Of a stretch of DNA of 64,000 nucleotides, positions 28,594 through 39,780 are shown piece by piece. The stretch is from positions 1 to 64,000 of the forward strand of contig JBLDXI010000032.1 in the NCBI GenBank assembly GCA_047495785.1, read 5' to 3'. The position numbers and the translations under genes were made by a program. Under the pieces are notes generated by a model. That model was not told where the DNA came from. It ran no database searches and worked only from the letters and a program-made list of their open reading frames with translations. The DNA comes from Lepidodermella squamata (taxonomy: Eukaryota; Animalia; Gastrotricha). Within the stretch, counting starts at the first letter, position 1. Each line of letters begins with the position of its first letter.

Positions 28594-30769
28594 ATGGATG
28601 TACCGAATAATAATATTCCTATCGGACAAGATGTAAATGGACAACCAGCAATTTTGCGCTACACGCGGGTTATCAGGCCGAAGCTGAAGTTTGTGGGACG
28701 CAAGCCGTATTCCACGCTGTGCCGCTGGCAGAAGGTGACAAGAGCCAAGGAAGCAATTAAAGTGATACTGGACGGTGTTAAAAGCAGCGCGGCTTTTCGC
28801 CATTATTTGGGAGATCAGGAAGTGGAAAGCATGACAATGACGATGCGGCTCAAAGACGTTGGAGAAGTATCAGTTAGCGTCCCACCAGGTGAAAACGTGG
28901 AAATCACCAAAAATGATTTGTGCAACAGGTGAGTATGAGTTAGCATAAATAATATTTAAAAAAAGTATCGCAAACAGGGTCGCGGAAGAGATGGCAGATA
29001 AAATTGTTTCTTCGAGAGCGGCATTGCCAATTGCAAAAACGGTCGGAAATGAGAATATCTCGCGACGAACGCTGCGTAAAGCGCGGCGATCATTGGCAAC
29101 TATGCTAGATATACTGAAGGTCCCAAGCGGTAAATATTATGAATTATACACATTCCAGATAAAAATGTCCTTTGAGTAGATGCTGAAACTGAAAAAGGCG
29201 TTCGCATTAGCTTGCGCGAATATCTGCCGAAATGGGTGGAAATCGGTTATTTGAGCACAGAACAAATCAATGAAATACGCTTCCAAGTTGATGGCACACC
29301 CGGACGCACAGACGTCAGTGACGGTTGGGTACAAGCTACTATGTGCTTCGCTGATAAAAAAGATAAAATTGGCCTGGAAGAAGAATTCCAGATGCTCATT
29401 TATGAGGGCAAGGAAAGCTACGAGACTGCGCGCGAATATATTCGCCCAGTAGTCGACGAGGTTGTGGAATGGGTGTTGAACGGCGTGGAACATGACGGGA
29501 AAAAATACAACTTTAAATTGATACTTTGCTGCGATTATCCAATGATGGTTTGGCTATTAGCATGCGGGCATCATAGTGCTAATTTCGGCTGCTTGTTCTG
29601 CACGAAAAACTTTGTCACAGGTACAGAAGGCGAACTCAGGCGCTACGATTTGGTGGAAGATTTGTTAGCAAACTTGAATGAACGCGAACGATGCGAACTA
29701 GGCTGGCACGCCACATTTTTGCCCTTAATTCAGTTACCACCGCACCTATTTGAGATCGTGCCCTGTGACTTGCACCTCAAAATCAACATAACTGAGTGTG
29801 AACTTATAGCGGTATGATAAGACATTTGAAACAAAACAATATAATCATCATAACTTTAGATCCTGACGAAGTTACGCGAGGTGCATTTAACTACAGCCTA
29901 TGAAAACGTTGTCGCTGTTATTAAGCGCAGCAGTAAAAAGCTAACTGTCTCGACGCCAAAAGAAGCGAATCAGAAAATCGCGATAAAGCGAGCGAACCAC
30001 CACGCAACAACTGAGGTAATTTTCAAGTAATTATAAGTGAGCATGAGTGAGAACTTACAATTCGCAGGCTTTGAAGACCCTTGCAAAGAATGGATCCCTC
30101 ATGCAATACCTTGGTGAAGACTGGGAGGTCGAGATGGTTAAAGGCTTGTATGGCCGGGACATCGCAGTATTTGAAAGATGGCTGCAAAAGCATAATGTTG
30201 TTGTACGAAAAGATTGGACGCTGGATGAGGTTCGACGTAAGGCGCTGGAGAGAGGGTTTGAGGAAAAAGTATGCTAATTTGCTCTAACGATAATAGCTAG
30301 AGAATGGTCATATATCTTTGAAGAGACGGACTGACTTGCGAGCATTTTTGAACAATTGTGACGAGCTGTTGCTAAGTACGGGGCGAATTTTTGAGCGCAT
30401 CGAGAAGAACGATCTAGCTGGCGACCCAGAAGCAGATTTCGAGGTCTTTGAGCGAAAATTTGTGGCAGTTGTGGGGCACTTAACCACTTATGCACATGGT
30501 AACAGTTTAAAATGCGAAAGTCAATGATTCGTAACTATAAATTCATTCGTCTAGTCACATCAACACATGTTCTCCCCTTGTTGATGAAGGGTATCAACAT
30601 CCATGCGCTGTCGGCAGACTCAATGGAATTGCGACAAAAGCTTCTAAAGAGAATAGTGAGGATGACGTGCGCGGCACTTCCTGAATCACTACCACGTCAA
30701 GTGATGCAGGTTTATGTCATGCGCCTTCAAAAATATTGGGCGGCCAAAAAAAAAGAAACATTAAACTGA
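28594..30769 (+). CDS. RAG1-core/Transib-like DDE transposase, 7 exons, ~621 aa, open frame
   Basis: Exons 28594-28928, 28978-29129, 29180-29811, 29860-30015, 30068-30268, 30324-30498, 30555-30769 (introns 48-56 nt). Motifs in RAG1 order: GRKPY..QK.R, FQVDG, KESYET, CCDY, GCLFC, PCDLH, TTYAHVTSTHV, SADSME..K. Confidence 0.9.
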
Positions 30770-31916
30770 GAATAGTAACAATCTCAAACTGTTTATTGAA
30801 CGTTTGATTTCATGATTGTAGTTGTAAAAGTTGCAAAAGGTACCAAAGTCATGCAAGTAAAAATTGATGTGATCGACAACGATTGTCAGATTTCACAATG
30901 GCGGGTTTAACTTTCAATCCCTTACTGTTTGGCAAGTCCAGGTGGCGCCAGCTATTTCAAAATCACCAGTTGCCGCAAAATTTTCACAGTTACATATAAA
31001 GATTATGTTTTATTAGTTGAAATAAAAAAAAAATTCATTATTTCAAAAATTAAAAAATCATTGTTTGAATTTGCCGCGGTTTAGATCGCCCACCAATCAA
31101 AACCGTTTGTTGAAACCCTACTTGCGGGTGGTCACATAATGAAGAGTTAATTTTCAAAAGTTCACATTATCACTGTCCGATTTGAAAAACTTTCTGAAAT
31201 CGGAGCACCTAATTTCAGACGTCGAAAACTGGTGACTTTCATTGTTTAAATGTGTCCGGTGTATGAGGCAATGTCCGAAATTGGAGCCCACACGCCACCC
31301 TTAACGCGATTTTAGTCAGTGTTCAATTTTTCAATTTTTGAAAATTTTTTCCTCGCTAACAGTCGATTAATTAGCGCCCAGTTAGGCTTATGGAGCAGCA
31401 ATCTTTCCACCCCGCTCAGCAATCAAGGGACCGACATGGACGCTTGTTGAAGATATACGATGGCCACAAATATCGGTATTACATCGATTTTTGTTAACAC
31501 CCTAGATATTTCGCTTGCTATTAATATCTCATATTCCCGAGTCAGTGTTTGTAAAGTTCAACATAAAGAGGGGAGGCAAGGGTTTATCTAGCCTTTAAAA
31601 ATTAGGGTTGGGCAGTCGCGAAATGGGGTTAAAAATTGGCAGCTCAAAAAAGCCAAAAAAGCTCGAAATTTGGGGATACCAAATCTTGAGGGTGGTTGGG
31701 GGTAAGCTGAAGTCGGCTCGATAAACCCTTGTGGGAAGTGTAAAGAAGTTAAAAGGGCTAGCATTTTCTTCAATTTTTATCAAGACTCTTGGCTTTTTTG
31801 TCTTAGTGAATTTGTTCGAATTCAATCGAATTAAAGGGGCAGTTGATCGACGGTTTTTTATCATGACGCTCGTTATTTACTCTAACAGAAGTTTAAAATT
31901 AGAGAAGGTCTAAACA

Positions 31917-32099
31917 ATGGTTGACATTTAAGAATATGTTATCGATTTCCTAAGGTTTCTTCGCATTCGTCACGATGGATTAATGACTTGGCATTGTTGC
32001 AAGCCAAAAACTGACGGTACTAGCTGCACTGCTAAGATCACGACATCACCTGAGCCCCCGTTTGAAATCATGAAAAATGATGCTAGTTCACACGCTTAG
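31917..32099 (+). pseudogene. Degraded FLYWCH-like zinc-finger fragment
   Basis: FLRIRHDGLMTWHC..SCTAKITTSPEPPFEI parallels YIRHLRDGVVEWRC..CEARLFTRPNPPYQL at ~35750-35870; contains stops. Confidence 0.5.
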
Positions 32100-32247
32100 A
32101 TCTTGAACTAAATCCCGACAATAAAAGACACGCGTTTTCTTTCTTTGAGCTTCCAATTGATTGAGTTTCTTCGACTAAATATCAAAAAATAAACACGGTT
32201 TTTTCTTTGAATTATAATTGAATTTGGAAAATGCATAGTTTTTCATT

Positions 32248-33100
32248 ATGAAATTTTTTGCCCTTCTTGTGATTGTCGGGGCTTGCGTGATTTGGCATGA
32301 GGGCCTCATTTCCGGTTGCCACATCTGCCGAAGTACCACAGCAGTGAAGCCGGTTCGCCTTCAATGCGGACACGTATGCTGCAAGCCCTGCATTGTACAA
32401 TGGTTTAGAACAAAAGGGATTAAGCAATGTCCCTGTTGTAATAAAATCTCCAAAAAGAGAAAAATCAAGGTATAACATTATTATTTAAGATTTTGCCCAA
32501 AGTGAGTTTTGTCGATCAAGACTGTGTTTTTGTTCAACGAGCAAGACTACAACGGCGATGATACATTTGACAGCGATCCGCCTTCTCCAACTAGGCGATC
32601 AAGGTCATCGTCGTCGACTTCATCCTCATCACCTTCTCGTAGCACTGTGTCCTCCTCTGAGTCTGACAGGCCGCTGGCAGATTTCGTTGTTGAACCAGGA
32701 AGCCAGAATGTCGGTCGTGGTCGCGCGTCTGGGCGTGGCCGTGGTCGGCCAAGGGGCAGTCGGGCGACTAGGGTTGCAACGAGGGCTGCTACAGGAAGAG
32801 GCAGGGGATTGCTAGACTTCGTTCCGCCAGAGCCAGAGCGTTCAGTTACCGCCGCTCCATCATCTTTCGAACCAGGGAATTTCGAGCCTAGCCAAGAAGA
32901 AAATCGTCCTCAGACTCAGGCTTCGTTCGCAGCTGGGGCGTTTCGCGACGATCATTTACTCGGGATTGCCGCAGGGGGCTTCGACGATGATGATCTTCCG
33001 CCTCTTGATGAGGACAGAGATGATGTTTTCGCACCAAATCCTCACCCATCTAGTTTGCAACCCAGTAGGGATGACGCATTTGCTATACCGCCTATACCGC
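32248..33100 (+). CDS. C3HC4 RING-finger gene with S/R/G-rich region, truncated at 33100 (transposon-borne)
   Basis: CHIC..PVRLQCGHVCCKPCIVQW..CPCC; probable intron 32470-32520; RGRGRPR AT-hook-like motif. Broken by a foldback arm. Confidence 0.7.
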
Positions 33101-33390
33101 GTCAGAGCTGGTCAGAGTCAGACCTCAGCAGTCAGAAACTCGAATAAAATTATTCTGAGTTTTCTGAGTTAATTATTATATTTTTCTGAGTTTTCTCAGT
33201 TAATTATTATATTTTTCTGAGTTTTCTGAGTTTTCCGAATAATTATTTCCAAGGAGTTTTCTGAGTTTTTCATTCTGAAATGACGCCTCGTGTTCTGAAA
33301 TGACGCTCAGAAAAATCATTAATTAATTTTCGGAAGTGTCGTGTTCTGAATTGTCGCGACATTTAAGAGCAAAATTTCTGAAATGTCGTT

Positions 33391-34112
33391 ACACGGATAA
33401 AAAGCATGGATTTACGTGAATCACAACAGCGGAATTGTTTTTTATTACACTACTTGTTATATAGTATTGTGTTGTCCAAGATGATAGACGTGAAAAAAAC
33501 AACAACTTTGCCGTATAATATTCTGACAGAATGTACAGCGCTTTATATATATTATGCAAAACAATGTATGTATTGTTGCGATATCATTACCTTAGTTGAA
33601 AAATCCCTCACGGTCAAAACTATTTTCGTTCAGGCGCGTAAGAGTAAAACGTCTACGGCGCATGAAATCACCGCTCATAGCGCAGCACTAGCGGTGCTCA
33701 TTTTCACCGTCGATCGTAAAGAGAAGTACTAGCGGTGCTTCATTAACCGTCGAGGGAGTCAATTGAGGCTAGCAATTCAGCAATGCTAACCAAGTCGGTG
33801 CTCACTTTCACCGTCCATGACGTAGAGCATCACTAGCGGTGCAATATCACCGCACGGAGAGTCGTTCACGGGAAGCGAGCCGGCATAACTAACCTAGTCG
33901 GTGCTCATTTTCACCGTCGGATGCGTTTCCAACCAGAGTACTCAGCCGTGCGGAGAACACCGTCGCTAAAAGAAGCCGCAGTGACTGCTTCTGCTAATAC
34001 CAGTTCAGCGGTGCATGAAATTACGATTCGAGAAAAAAGTGCCGTTTTCTATATGGACTACTGGGTTCTAATGTAAGTACCTACGGTGTTTCGTTCGGGT
34101 TGTTTTTCCGCG
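33391..34112. mobile_element. Non-autonomous CACTA/CMC-like MITE with GCGGTG..CACCGT sub-repeats
   Basis: Ends CACGGATAAAAA and TGTTTTTCCGCG (imperfect IR); repeated GCGGTGCTCATTTTCACCGTC units at 33690-33965. Confidence 0.4.
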
Positions 34113-35494
34113 CGGTCGACGTTTTATTCTTTGTTCAACTCTGGTGAGTGGTCCCATGTAGCTGTATTTGTTGGTATTATTAAAAGAACCACTTGGTATG
34201 TATTCACTTTTTATTGGATAAGATGGTGGGTGCAGTTCTGGTAATATACTTGTTAGGTTATTTGTTGCAAAATCAATAATTCCTTTACCTGCTAATAGTT
34301 CTTTTTTGCCCATATAATTATATTATATGGTTAATAAAAATATTTTTATCGTTTTTATTCTTTTATTGATTTGGCATCCTTCATTCTGAAATAATAAACC
34401 AATATTAAATAGTAATCAATAGCAATAATCACTGAACAATCGAATAACTAATAATACTTAGTGACGTAATCAACAATGTTGTTTAACAACAAATAAATCA
34501 TCATATATTTGAATACAATGTGGTTTTCGTGTGTCTTTATCATGTCTTTATAAACTTTATCATCTTGAAAATTATAAAAGAAACAGCTGATGTGAATAAT
34601 CCACCAAGTTCCAACCCTAAATTCACGCAAAATCCTATCAGGAGTGCTATCAGGCAAAGTCCAAACAATATCACAGCCCAATTTTCCTTTATCCAATCCT
34701 GAATCGAGCGATTAACTCCAGTTATCGAGCAGCCGAGTCTTTGATAACTGCACCCTCAGAACTCACAGGAACAACATTAATCGGAGTGTCAGTCATCGGA
34801 CATTCGTTGTCAGACTTCAACCGCATTTCAGCGATAATTTGTTCGTACATATCTTCGGGCGTTACGTCTCTTACGGGCTTACCGGCGTTAAGTAATTCAT
34901 CCAATGTCCTCAAATGGATTTCTTGTAATGCCATGTCTATAATTTATATGTTGAATGTGAAATAAACTAAAGGAGTGTAAAAATAACAAATAGGATTACT
35001 CAAAAGGTTTCTTATCTTTTTTTTTTAAATGATATTAATATTTCTTATCATTTCCTTAAGTTCTCACGAAAGTTTCTTATCTTTTACGAAAGTTACAATA
35101 CAAAAGATAAAAACGACAAAACAAGTTTATTAACTTAGTGTGTTCCCACCACGCAAAGAACCAAAAGATAAGGATAATGCACCAACACAAGGAAATATTG
35201 AAATGGATTGATTTTGTGATTTTATTTTTATTATTTTTGTTAGTAGTAAAGATAAAGTGGAATATAAACGTCGTTTTTAAAAATATTTTTATATTTTATT
35301 TTTTCTTTTCGTTAAAATAAAATATAAAAATCAAAAATATTAAAAAATCAAATATTTTAAAATATAAAAAATTTAATAAAAAAATATATAAGAAATTTTG
35401 ATAGAAAAATATTTAAGAATTTTTTGGAAAAGAAAAATTAAAATATAAAAATATTTTTAAAAACGACTTTATATTCCACTTTATCTTTACTACT
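34113..35494 (-). mobile_element. Polinton/Maverick (adintovirus)-like terminal fragment with truncated parvovirus-type PLA2 gene
   Basis: 34313-34113 GKGIIDF..LPELH..YSYMGPLTRVEQRIKR matches the ELH..YxGPGT..R PLA2 motif. Intronless, AT-rich, frameshifted ORF at 34934-34448. ~70-bp IR with AGTAGT/ACTACT ends (35241-35310, 35427-35495). Confidence 0.7.
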
Positions 35495-35570
35495 ATAGTG
35501 TTGCAGATCTGGGCTGTCCCTACGATGACCGGGGCGAGAAAAGTTTGTTTCTTTGGGTCCCTGGACATCA

Positions 35571-36316
35571 CTAGTTCAGCATCGCGCAGGAAATTGACAT
35601 ATGTCCTTGGTGCGAGTGAAGCCTGACTGCCTTCATCTCGAAAGTCGCTCGGGATGATACATCTGACCGAGCTGCACGAGCAATCGCTTGCTCTGGAGTT
35701 GGCTGCACATGATTGTGCTGTCGAAGACTCGGAGGGTTTCGACCCTCAATAAGCTGATAAGGAGGATTTGGCCTGGTAAAAAGCCTTGCTTCGCACTCAT
35801 ACGGATGGCTCCGTTCTGTGCATCTCCACTCAACTACACCGTCTCGCAGATGTCTTATGTAGCGATATTTGCAGTTTTCGAATATGCGCAACGGCTGACC
35901 TCGCTGTGACAACTGAATATTTGGAACTGCTTGCCAGTCTCTTGGCTGCATTGGATTCCGCAGGTTCTGGGTGGATTCACTATTAAGACCGGGCCTTCGG
36001 ACTGACCGAGCCGCCTGCTGAGACAAATGTTCTTGAACACTGAGGCTTGAGCTGATCCGAGAGCGGGGCATACCGCGGCCTCTATCAACCCCCAGGACAC
36101 TATTTAACAAGCTGTAGAGCTCGGAGACTACGTGATAATTTGGATAATTTGGATCAATTCCGTCATGCATAAACCCCGATGACGGCGGATTCTGAGCGAA
36201 GCTCGGCTGGAAACCGGACGATGGCGGTATAGGCGGTATAGCAAATGCGTCATCCCTACTGGGTTGCAAACTAGATGGGTGAGGATTTGGTGCGAAAACA
36301 TCATCTCTGTCCTCAT
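35571..36316 (-). pseudogene. Inverted continuation of the RING gene carrying a FLYWCH zinc finger
   Basis: 36224-36316 is an exact 93-bp inverted copy of 33008-33100; the frame continues into SQRGQP..YRY..WRC..CEARL..HNH. Confidence 0.75.
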
Positions 36317-37234
36317 GTCTGTCATCTCTGTCTCGTGGTTTCACTTTCGGCTGAAAAACCGATTGTCGAAGGCTGATGTCGAGCAGATCAAGGCGCAGAT
36401 CACGCGCACAGATGGTCAGTGATGGTGGGACCTTTTCTCCGAAAAAGAAAATGAAAATTGAGTTGCAGTTCCAAATCCGAGATATCGAATCCAGAGCTGA
36501 GCTCGAAACGGCGCCAAGATCCGAGTCGCCAGTGGAATCACTGCCTGAATCGCCCAGATCGGAATCTAACTTTCGAATCTATCAAGTAATTATGGTTCTC
36601 CAGGACGAGAAATTGTGGAAGAAGCAAGTCAATGAAAGCTCGATGCCGGTGTGATAGTCAGTCGATTCTCACCATTTCCTTGGATCGTCGCGTTATTCCA
36701 TTACCTTTAGTCTTTATTGTTTATTGTGGTATTGGCCAGCACCAACATTTACTCTTGTGACATTTTTTGAATAGTTCTGGTAAAAAAGATATAATTATCT
36801 GCCCAACTCACGATAAAGTGCTGAAAATTCTGAAATAAATGCGCAAGTAATACAAATTAATTGCGCAAGTGGCAGATGCGCAAGCGAGAAATGCGCAAGT
36901 GGGGGCAACCCTATTTTTCTGAGTTTTCTCAGTTACTTATTATATTTTTCTGAGTTTTCTGAGTTTTCCGAATAATTATTTCCAAGGAGTTTTCTGAGTT
37001 TTTCATTCTGAAATGACGCCTCGTGTTCTGAAATGACGCTCAGAAAAATCATTAATTAATTTTCGGAAGTGTCGTGTTCTGAATTGTTCTGAAATTGTTC
37101 TGAAATTTAAGAGCAAAATTTCTGAAATGTCGTTACACGAATTATTTCAGAGTTTCGATAAATAATTTGAAAAATATTCGGAGTTTTCGGAGTTTTCGGA
37201 GTTAATTAAAATAATAATAATAAATAATTTTCTG

Positions 37235-37951
37235 GGTGTGGCGACAATTCCGGTCGCGACTTTAGCGTCCCTAAACTTTGCGTCCCGACTATTCCGCCCA
37301 AAAACATTTCAGCCAAAATTTGTCAACGACAATTACGCGCGCGACTATTGAGCCAATAAGCACGACATTTGAGCTAGCGACTCATACGCCCACGACATGT
37401 GAGCTCGCGAGAATAACGCCAACGACACAAGAGCCCCAGGTATAAATTAATTAATCTATTTATTAGGTGCAACTTGAGAAATGCGACATGCGACATAGGC
37501 GCTTAGGGCAAAGGAACAAATTTATGCCATAAGTTCTATTGGTAATTTAATAGCAAGAGGACTTTTGCTAACATAGAGATCGAAGTTCGATCTCATTGCT
37601 CGCTAATAACAAGAGTAGTACAACCGAATTGCGAATTGCGAATGGAATTGCTATAATCTCGAATTGATTAATTAAGCATAGTCGAGCAGAGAAGGAGATG
37701 TGGCAGTTAGCAAGGTTAGGCCGCGGGCTTTAGGGTCGTGAGCTGAAAAGTCGCATCTTATTCTCAGATTAAAATTATTTTCTTCGCGTCATCAACGCCC
37801 CTAGGTGTTTATCAAGAAATTCGACAAATTATTTTTAATTATTGGCTGAAACGTCGTGGGCGGAATAGTCGCTGGCTGTAATGTCTTGGGCGGAAAAGTC
37901 GGGACGCAAAGTTCACCAGCGGAATTGCCGGGACGGAAATGTCACACGACC
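37235..37951. mobile_element. MULE-type MITE with tandem-repeat TIRs
   Basis: 8-bp TSD ATTTTCTG (37227-34, 37952-59); GG..CC termini; inverted AACTTTGCGTCCCGACT..CCGCCCA units. Confidence 0.8.
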
Positions 37952-39576
37952 ATTTTCTGAGTTATACGATTCTGAAATGACGCGTTGAGTACTGAAATGT
38001 CGCTAAAATAAAAATTATTTTAATTTTCTGAAATGTCGCGTTCTGAAATTCTGAAATGTCGATTTCTGAAATGTCTCTACTGAAATGACGTAGATCCATT
38101 GAATTTATATTTAAAATAAATCACAAATTAATAAAATCAACGTACTTATAGCAGTCAGTGGTCTGAGAAGAGTGAATGATGGCAGCAACAGGCAAAGCAC
38201 CAGCCGATGAGGCCGTTACCATCAGAGTCAATGAGCTGTTGATTAAATCGCAACTTGCAGTCGAGTCGACAAACAAAACGTCTCGCGCGTCCGTAATCTT
38301 GTCGAAAACTCGCTGCATGAGGGCCGTCCTCACCATGAGGCACCAGTTCAGCTCGCCGTCTTTTCCGCGCGACTCGCGATATGTGAATATGCTCGGCTGA
38401 TTCTCAGAAAGTTCTTTCAACTTTGCTCGCATCAAATCGCCGTTTCGGTCGCCGTGCGTTTCGAGCTGGACTCGATTGGCAAAGTGGTACCAGTCTTGTT
38501 TTGTCGGACACACTGAGCGATCGGCCGATAGCAGCAGCCACGCTATATCCGGATTCAATGACTCCAATTCGTTGTTGTAGGCTTGCCGAGCCGCTGCTGC
38601 ACTGCCCTCAGCAACTAAATGACGCATCATCGCGTCTTCAACGCCGGGTGCCCAGCTCCGCCAGCGCAACGCGGCTAAAACAGCGATATTATGATTGTGA
38701 TGCCAATTTATCTTGATTGTTGTGGGGTGGCTTGTTAGCAGCGGATTTCGCTGGAGACGTTTCGCAGCTGCTTTTTGACTCGGTCCGGCGCCATCATCGA
38801 CAACGGGCGCCGCCTCAGTAAGAGTGATTGAGGCCTTGCAGTCGGTAATTCTGCTCTTCGGAGGAGCACCGCTAGCCGTTACCCTGCGTTTTTGCGCCAT
38901 TTCACCTGGAGCAGCGAGTTTCTTCCGCGATTCGTGTTCGCCACTTTCATCATCCGCATGACGACAAACAAGCTCCTCCTTAGCGACGAGCCGCTTTCCA
39001 AGTGGCTGCTTGGTACCATGCGGGGCCTGTTTTAAATCGAGGCGGTTGAGTCGCTTTAACGCGCCGATGAAATCACCCCATTCATTCGATCGGAAGGGTG
39101 CGCGCAAAACGAGAGACCATGAGTGATCATTTTTCGCGTCGAACTCGTCAACAATATACATTAACCGATGCCGATCCTCGGGCAACACGGCTTGAACAGC
39201 TGGCGGTAAATCGTGTATACGCTTGGACATGATTGCGATTTTATTAGTTGCAAAGTTTAGGGCAGTTTTCATTTCTTTCTTTCCGTCATTTCAAGTCAAA
39301 CTTGGCGCCAAAATTTGAATTTTAAATGGCGCGAATATATAGCCGAGACCATAGCCGTGGCGGTGCGGCCAGTACCTGCCGGCATAAGACGCGCGGCCAC
39401 TGAGCATGTAATTATACCCGCGCCTTTTTCACCTCGCGGGGCGTGCGCGCGCCTTGAGACTAAAAAGGCGCGCGCGCGATTACGCGGTGTGGCCGAGCGC
39501 GCTAGCGCATTGGTTGAAACACTGGGCCAATGAGAATGCGCGTAGAGCCGTAACATAGGCGGGCCTGAAAATGTGC

Positions 39577-39780
39577 TTTTACGAAGCAAAGCAAGACCAA
39601 TAAGCGTAGCCATTGCGTTTTCATCCGCAACTTTACCCACTGGTAGCCACTGTAGCTTCGCGGTGTAGCATTTCAATATGGCCCAGTGATTTGGCTGGCT
39701 TGACAATTAAAGCTAATTCGTTGCCAATAGCCCACGAGCTGCTAAATTTCTGCAAAAGGACCCACTTATCGGTGCATATT
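39577..39780 (-). pseudogene. VWA5A-like fragment (copy 1, right of the Mutator insertion)
   Basis: KWVLLQKFSSSWAIGNELALIV..ENAMATLIGLALLRK matches 60546-60740; similarity ends near 39780. Confidence 0.8.

Larger units (their letters stand above)
26265..31141 (+). mobile_element. RAG1/Transib-like DNA transposon, 4877 bp, 2-3 genes
   Basis: Perfect 14-bp TIR CATTATGTGACCAC (26265-78, 31128-41), with further AAG..GGG matches; AA immediately outside both ends. Encloses the transposase and a divergent ORF. Flanks on both sides share TGTCC/GAGCCCACACGCCA motifs of a host element. Confidence 0.8.
25859..38097. mobile_element. Foldback-like composite element with (T)TCTGAAAT/TTCTGAG-repeat arms, inside MULE intron 1
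   Basis: 8-bp TSD ATTGAATT (25851-58, 38098-105). Termini CGTGTAACGACATTTCAG and (rev-comp) GGATCTACGTCATTTCAG. The ~270-bp left arm recurs inverted at 33096-33394 and 36912-37139. Confidence 0.7.
23827..39272 (-). pseudogene. MULE DDE transposase with SWIM zinc finger; split by a ~12.5-kb intron; one in-frame stop in the last exon
   Basis: LFVDST (D1; exon 39272-38144), FLTDD and CAFH (25638-25400), HMTNNVVE (~25180-25210), SWIM CTCPYGSKGRFCKH (~24740), IRTQSTAVGRR tail. In-frame TAA at 24259-24261. Confidence 0.9.
23428..39576 (-). mobile_element. Mutator (MULE) DNA transposon, 16.1 kb including nested insertions
   Basis: Perfect 81-bp TIRs (23428-23508, 39496-39576); 9-bp TSD TTTTACGAA (23419-27, 39577-85). 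The empty site is visible in the duplicate at about 60546-60554. Confidence 0.96.

Noticed and set aside
31100-31141. 12/23-type RSS nonamers inside the TIRs (AACAAACGG 23 nt from the right heptamer; GAAAAAAGCC 18 nt from the left)
   Set aside because: Matches to ACAAAAACC are weak in AT-rich DNA and the spacings do not form a 12/23 pair.
32317-32445. RING finger as the missing RAG1 N-terminal RING
   Set aside because: It lies downstream of the transposase stop and outside the TIR, and belongs to the host RING/FLYWCH element.
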